Shown: piece by piece, positions 56,345-60,976 of the stretch | Position numbering within the stretch: the stretch's first letter is position 1 | How the letters are laid out: the number at the start of each line of letters is the position of its first letter | IMG/VR virus record: IMGVR_UViG_3300007516_004456 | Span: 1-60,976 of that record | Origin: a virus | Lineage: Duplodnaviria > Caudoviricetes | DNA: 60,976 nucleotides | Strand: one strand, 5' to 3' | The notes under the pieces: generated by a model | What the model saw: only the letters and a program-made list of their open reading frames with translations | What the model was told of the DNA's origin: nothing | Database searches by the model: none | Program-made: the position numbers and the translations under genes

Positions 56345-58285
56345 ATGAATGACTATGAAAATAAAATTATTCACGCAGATGTTATCGAAGGATTGAAACA
56401 GATTCCTGATGAATCCGTTTCACTAGTTTTCAGTAGCCCGCCTTATAATGTTCGTATATCATATGGAGGTAATCATGACGACGATATGCCTTATGCTGAC
56501 TATTTGAACTGGCTTAGGGGAGTCTGGATTGAGTGTAAGCGAGTACTTAAGCCAGGAGGACGCCTTATTATCAATATTGACGCTCCCACCAATCGTCAAG
56601 AGGATAGAGAGCAAGAATATCTGCGTCCTATTTATGCTGATCTGATTAATATGATGAAAGATATTGGTGGATTGTTGTTTAAGACAGAGATTATGTGGTA
56701 TAAGCAGAATGTAGCGGGACGTAAAACTGCTTGGGGGTGTTTTGATGAACAAACGAGAGTTGTGACTAAATCAGGCATTAAGAGATGGATAGATGTTACC
56801 GAAGATGATTATTTTTTGACTCTTAATCTCTCAACAAGGGATGTTGAATATCAAAAACCCCTTGGATTGGTTAAACGTCCGTACAAGGGGGCGATGTATA
56901 GGCTGAAGAACAAGACAACCGATTTGTTGGTGACTCCTAATCATAACATGATTGTTGAAGACTATCGGCAACGACTAAAATTGAGAGAGATGCAAAATTG
57001 TCCTAAATCTTTTCGAATGCCTAAGCACCATAATGGATTAAAATTCACCAACGAGGATGTGGAAAAATTTGAGATACCAACTTGCTCTTATGGGAAGAGA
57101 ACAAATCCGGCATATATCGAAAATGAATCATTTAGTGTTTTAATGGATGATTGGTTGAGGTTTCTGGGTATTTGGTTTACAGACGGTAATGTAGATTACA
57201 GTAAAGATAGAGGATATTATAAGGTATCGATTTATCAATCTAAACCAAAGTTTCTTTCTGAAGTTAAATCGCTTTTAGACCGACTTCCTTGGTTTTTTCG
57301 TTACAAAGCGAGCAAGACAGAATGGTATGTTTGCAATAAACGGCTTGCAGCATTCCTCTATCAATTTGGAGATAAGATTAATAGACAGGTGCCATCTTTC
57401 ATATACGATTTGTCTCCTCGCCAGAAAAGGATTTTTATAGATTGGTTATTCATTGGAGATGGACATAAGAGTGACAAGTGCAATGGATATCTCGCAATAG
57501 CATCCAGGGCATTTGTTGATGGAATAGTCCCGCTTTTTTATGAATGTGGGTTATTTGTTTCCATATCTCGCAAATCTGAAAAGTCTATGACGACGCAGAA
57601 TCAAAAGAATCGTTTGTTAAACGGTAAGGTTGTAAATTGCAACCACAGGTTATGGTTGATAAACATTTTGTCTTCTAAAAACTATTATATTGAAAAAGAG
57701 TACATTGATAAAATAGATTATGATGGTATGATTTATTGTGCTGAAGTTCCTAATCATGCTCTGTTGGTAGAGCGAAATGGTAAAATGGCATGGTCGGGTA
57801 ATTCTTATTGTTTGCCTTCAAACCCAAATATTCGTCGTTTGCATGAGTACGTTTTAGTTTGGTGTAAGGATCAATTTAAATTAGAGGGCGATTCTAATCT
57901 TGCAGATATTACAGATGAAGAGTTCCAACAATGGACAACATCTATGTGGTTTATTTCTCCAGAAACTAGAAACCTTGGGGGTCATCCTGTTCCTTTTCCA
58001 GAAGAGCTTGTTAAGCGAGTAATTAAACTTTTTACCTATCGAGAGAATTTGGTTTTGGACCCGTTTTCTGGTTCCGGGACAACTTGTGCTGTAGCCAAGA
58101 AGCTAGGTAGAAGATATGTTGGGATTGATAATAATCTTGATTTTGTGCAATATTCTAAAGATCGTTTGAGGTCAGTGGCTTCCGCTGATATGTTTGCTGT
58201 AGATAGAGACTCGTTAATGGTAAGACGAAATAGGTTGAAGAAAGAAGCGGGGAAAAGAGTAATAGAAACCGATATATTTAAGTGA
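56345..58285 (+). CDS. Beta-class DNA methyltransferase containing an intein (~291 aa after splicing)
   Basis: VFSSPPYN, RVLKPGG, EIMWYK, TAWG|SY..PSNP..HEYVLVW, HPVPFP, LDPFSGSGTT. Confidence 0.92.
   Translation: MNDYENKIIHADVIEGLKQIPDESVSLVFSSPPYNVRISYGGNHDDDMPYADYLNWLRGVWIECKRVLKPGGRLIINIDAPTNRQEDREQEYLRPIYADLINMMKDIGGLLFKTEIMWYKQNVAGRKTAWGCFDEQTRVVTKSGIKRWIDVTEDDYFLTLNLSTRDVEYQKPLGLVKRPYKGAMYRLKNKTTDLLVTPNHNMIVEDYRQRLKLREMQNCPKSFRMPKHHNGLKFTNEDVEKFEIPTCSYGKRTNPAYIENESFSVLMDDWLRFLGIWFTDGNVDYSKDRGYYKVSIYQSKPKFLSEVKSLLDRLPWFFRYKASKTEWYVCNKRLAAFLYQFGDKINRQVPSFIYDLSPRQKRIFIDWLFIGDGHKSDKCNGYLAIASRAFVDGIVPLFYECGLFVSISRKSEKSMTTQNQKNRLLNGKVVNCNHRLWLINILSSKNYYIEKEYIDKIDYDGMIYCAEVPNHALLVERNGKMAWSGNSYCLPSNPNIRRLHEYVLVWCKDQFKLEGDSNLADITDEEFQQWTTSMWFISPETRNLGGHPVPFPEELVKRVIKLFTYRENLVLDPFSGSGTTCAVAKKLGRRYVGIDNNLDFVQYSKDRLRSVASADMFAVDRDSLMVRRNRLKKEAGKRVIETDIFK
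56738..57802 (+). mobile_element. Intein with LAGLIDADG homing endonuclease (355 aa) in the DNA methyltransferase
   Basis: Starts CFDEQTRVVTKSG; block B VTPNHNM; FLGIWFTDG and FIDWLFIGDG; ends YDGMIYCAEVPNHALLVERNGKMAWSGN (no penultimate His) followed by +1 Ser. Confidence 0.92.
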
Positions 58286-58722
58286 TAGATATGGAATGCG
58301 AAATAGAGTTTGATGATATCACGGTAATTGAGGCTGAGGGTCTCTTTGAAGTTATTTATGAGATTATGAGTAACGATGGCGTTATTCTTGGTCCATGGGT
58401 TGTTAAAACAAACGCAAATATTATGACTCCGTATGGAGTTAGTTGGATTACCTTAGATCTATATAGTAATCGGGACATTTTTATTGTTGATTACAGTCCG
58501 TCTGTGAAAGATGTTTATTACAATCCAGATTTACAGGTGTTAGCTGAATGGGCTACAAAATCAGGATGGCATATGCCTAAAGTTACGCAGGATTTAGCTG
58601 AGACAAGTATAAATTTTTGGCAGCATTTTCGTCTTTCTGGACTTGTTGAAAGCGAATATCTAGAGAAGCGATATGGTAGATTACCAGAAATGGAGATAGA
58701 GGGAGAAGATGGTTTTGGCTAA
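58282..58722 (+). CDS. Acidic hypothetical protein (146 aa)
   Basis: GTGA overlap with the upstream stop; consistent tiling. Confidence 0.65.
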   Translation: MIDMECEIEFDDITVIEAEGLFEVIYEIMSNDGVILGPWVVKTNANIMTPYGVSWITLDLYSNRDIFIVDYSPSVKDVYYNPDLQVLAEWATKSGWHMPKVTQDLAETSINFWQHFRLSGLVESEYLEKRYGRLPEMEIEGEDGFG

Positions 58723-58939
58723 TGAACCGGATCATATTTCTGAATGTCCAGTCTGTAGATATGCTTCAAAAGGATATCTTAATATCTATGGTAGAGTCTG
58801 CACTAAGTGTGGAGAGTTCATAGAACCGGATGTTGAACCTAAATTTGTGACGATAAATAACCAACAGAAGCAAAAAAATCAAGAGACGGTGAGATATCAC
58901 CTGCGTAAGAAAATGCGGAGAACAGATAATGTCAATTGA
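58709..58939 (+). CDS. Small Zn-ribbon protein (76 aa)
   Basis: CPVC...CTKC; GGGAG SD upstream. Confidence 0.65.
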   Translation: MVLANEPDHISECPVCRYASKGYLNIYGRVCTKCGEFIEPDVEPKFVTINNQQKQKNQETVRYHLRKKMRRTDNVN

Positions 58940-59735
58940 GAGAGAAGATGCCAAAATCAGTTTGAATTTCACATATTCTCATGAAGATGAGGATAGGGAT
59001 ACAGAAATTAAGATTATGGTACAATTTGGTCAAACCGAGGAATTTGGTGATACTATATCGTGTAGCTCAGATGGCGAGGAGTGGTTTAGTTTTCCGGCTG
59101 AGTTTTTTAAAGAAGTCTCTGATTTTCTGGTGGAGAAAGGTGTTTTTATGCCGACATCTCCATCCCTTGATGCTGCTGAAAGAAAAGTTTCAATTATTAA
59201 TCGATCTACTACAGCAGCGATTACTCCTCCTTCGATTGAAAGAAAAGCTGCTATTCCAGTTCCTCCTAATGCTATTACCGCTCAACCAGTAACTACGTCT
59301 CCTGCAACAGCAACAATAATGTCTGATGAGGATTTGCGGTCTATAGATGAAACTGAACCAGTTGGAAGCTTGACGAGTGATCCAGCGTCCAATCAAACGT
59401 CTGTGATAGTGCCAGTAGCAGTTCAAGCAGCAAGACCGTCAGCAGCAAGACCGTCTTCTCCGATTAAGACAGCTCATCGTATTGACCCTAATGAGCAACA
59501 GGTTCAGCAGAATAAAGTCGGTATTGTTATTACGCCGGAGACAGCCAAGAGTATGCCAATTCCCAATCGTCCTGTAAAAAGGTCTTTGCCAGACGTAAAA
59601 GAAGAATCTCCATATCGAAGACCTATCCCAAGAGGACATTCATCGTCTAATGAGGGTTCATTGTTGCCGGATGACTTTGACCCAGCAACGGACGGAAATG
59701 AAGGACATATGCTTCCTGACGATTTCGATGAGTAA
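58929..59735 (+). CDS. Hypothetical protein (268 aa): small folded N-terminal domain plus long Pro/Ser/Thr-rich disordered tail ending in two LPDDFD motifs
   Basis: Composition; LLPDDFD..MLPDDFDE at the C-terminus. Confidence 0.7.
   Translation: MSIEREDAKISLNFTYSHEDEDRDTEIKIMVQFGQTEEFGDTISCSSDGEEWFSFPAEFFKEVSDFLVEKGVFMPTSPSLDAAERKVSIINRSTTAAITPPSIERKAAIPVPPNAITAQPVTTSPATATIMSDEDLRSIDETEPVGSLTSDPASNQTSVIVPVAVQAARPSAARPSSPIKTAHRIDPNEQQVQQNKVGIVITPETAKSMPIPNRPVKRSLPDVKEESPYRRPIPRGHSSSNEGSLLPDDFDPATDGNEGHMLPDDFDE
59426..59455 (+). repeat. 15-bp tandem duplication (agcagcaagaccgtc x2) encoding AARPS-AARPS
   Basis: Read directly from the sequence. Confidence 0.85.
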
Positions 59736-59740
59736 TAGTT

Positions 59741-59956
59741 ATGGAATATCGTTGTAAAAGTATTCCTATAACAAAGTTGCCTGTTGGGGCTAGAGGTTTG
59801 GGTCGCCCACTTTGTGATCTTTGTGCAACTAGAGACTGTACTAATCCAATTCAACAAAGACGGGTGGCGATATTCGGTGTTACAGTAAACATGCGAGTTA
59901 TTGATCGAGGTATGGATCCCGGTATGGTTATAGAGTGTGAGGGATTCACTCAATGA
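59741..59956 (+). CDS. Small Cys-rich hypothetical protein (71 aa)
   Basis: C..CDLC..C..C pattern; tiles between its neighbours. Confidence 0.6.
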   Translation: MEYRCKSIPITKLPVGARGLGRPLCDLCATRDCTNPIQQRRVAIFGVTVNMRVIDRGMDPGMVIECEGFTQ

Positions 59957-60741
59957 TAAAAAAATTAACATGGTCTGATGCTGTTAAAATAAAAAGAACA
60001 GACAGGAAACAAAAAGAGCAGGCTGTTCAAATATCTGCCGATAATATGAATCGTATTGCTAATTATCATGGCACTTCAAAAATTTGTTATCCAGAATATG
60101 CAAAATCTTTTGATTATGTAATCTCCTGCTGTCCCTCTGTTAAGGCTAGTGAAGTATCTCTTTATTTTTGTCCAGCAGCATATTTAAAAAAAATAGGATA
60201 CGATAGGGTTGCTGGCTTCTATGACGTATCACATAGAGTCGTAGTTATCTGTGAAGATACTGATAAAATTACTGTCTCAAAACAAAATGGTCCGTTTGAA
60301 TCTGTGCGAGGTAAATTTGAGATAGATGAGATCATCGTTCATGAGCTTCTTCATTACGCTCATCATGCGATGGGATATATGGGTATAAGTATTAACCTGG
60401 AAGAAGAGTTTGCTTATGGAAATTCAGTAGGATATCTTAAAAAAAAGGGCTATTCTGACGAGGAAATTATCAGGTATAATTTTCTACCATATCTTATACA
60501 AACAATAAATACTCGTAAAATTTTCGCACAAGTTATTGGCGAACAACTTTCAACGCTGACTCCGGATAAACTAAAAAGACTTTTTAAGAAGCATGAACAA
60601 GAAATATTTGATATTGTCGAGGAAATTGCATTAGAAAAAGGTCGTAAGCTCATTTTGATCTATAGTGAACAAATAACAGATAATGTGTCGATAAATAAAT
60701 CTATGAAAACTAATAGGTTAGATTTTTTGGATTTATCATAA
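59953..60741 (+). CDS. Putative zincin-like metalloprotease (HEXXH)
   Basis: VAGFY..VVIC..IIVHELLHYAH..EEEFAY (HEXXH plus a downstream Glu, gluzincin/ImmA-IrrE-like layout). Confidence 0.65.
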   Translation: MIKKLTWSDAVKIKRTDRKQKEQAVQISADNMNRIANYHGTSKICYPEYAKSFDYVISCCPSVKASEVSLYFCPAAYLKKIGYDRVAGFYDVSHRVVVICEDTDKITVSKQNGPFESVRGKFEIDEIIVHELLHYAHHAMGYMGISINLEEEFAYGNSVGYLKKKGYSDEEIIRYNFLPYLIQTINTRKIFAQVIGEQLSTLTPDKLKRLFKKHEQEIFDIVEEIALEKGRKLILIYSEQITDNVSINKSMKTNRLDFLDLS

Positions 60742-60976
60742 TGGCTTTATACCAGTTTAAGCATCCTGAGACAGATGAAATATTTGAAGAATTTCGACCT
60801 ATAAGTAAAAGAGACGAACCATTTATCGCTCCTGATGGAGTTAAATGTGAAAGATTAATAGTTCCAAGTAGTGTAAGTGTAAAAGATAACAGTAAGGAAG
60901 TTTGGGACTATAACGATTTCCGAGGAAAATCTATGCCAAAGTACGTTCGATATCGAGATGGTCATAGAGAGAAATA
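60741..60976 (+). CDS. 3'-truncated small protein resembling a degenerate FmdB-type Zn-ribbon regulator
   Basis: ATG overlaps the upstream TAA; MALYQFKHPETDEIFEEFRPISKRDEPFIAPDGVKCERL... runs off the window; not in the supplied ORF track. Confidence 0.55.
   Translation, partial: MALYQFKHPETDEIFEEFRPISKRDEPFIAPDGVKCERLIVPSSVSVKDNSKEVWDYNDFRGKSMPKYVRYRDGHREK

Noticed and set aside
585-60653. Numerous short minus-strand ORFs and alternative-frame plus-strand ORFs in the ORF track
   Set aside because: All lie inside long, motif-bearing + strand genes and have no recognisable motifs; they are shadow ORFs.
1-60976. Alternative genetic code (TAG/TGA recoding), as found in some huge phages
   Set aside because: The standard code gives near-complete tiling with ORFs up to 2974 aa, and TAA, TAG and TGA all end genes with the next gene starting immediately after.
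1-60976. Borg or archaeal extrachromosomal element (suggested by in-ORF perfect tandem repeats and giant surface proteins)
   Set aside because: Only one perfect long-unit tandem repeat; IF-3, DnaB, the DnaC-like loader, the DnaG zinc finger and AGGAG SD sites point to a bacterial host.

Overview
An AT-rich (roughly 35% GC by eye), gene-dense 61 kb segment in which all credible genes lie on the + strand, most plausibly part of a very large bacteriophage (jumbo/huge phage). The evidence is phage-style replication genes, three inteins, three orphan DNA methyltransferases, a bacterial-type translation initiation factor IF-3 out of its normal operon, and tail-fibre-like motifs; no capsid or terminase gene is present to prove it. 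Bases 1-38.3 kb are a tightly coupled block of giant, acidic, beta-rich proteins (2084, 926, 700, 1923, 1855 and 2974 aa plus smaller ones) with no signal peptides. They are built from FN3, Ig-like, LamG/lectin, vWA, Kelch, FG-GAP, BNR and other beta-propeller and discoidin modules. The most unusual property is nested ('matryoshka') and apparently trans-split domain architecture: a vWA domain appears split by a ~2,050-aa insertion, and domains appear to begin in one gene and finish in the next. Four glycosyltransferases lie in or beside the block, and the two that start GT units share a near-identical upstream motif (AGG-N3-TTTTGATCCGAT-N-ATA). Bases 41-61 kb hold small Zn-finger/hypothetical genes, an SF2 helicase (intein), a Dam/D12-like MTase, IF-3, a Ycf46-like AAA+ ATPase, a DnaC-like loader, DnaB (intein), a stand-alone primase Zn finger, two beta-class MTases (one with an intein) and an HEXXH metalloprotease. 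All domain calls are motif recognition by eye; no searches were run.
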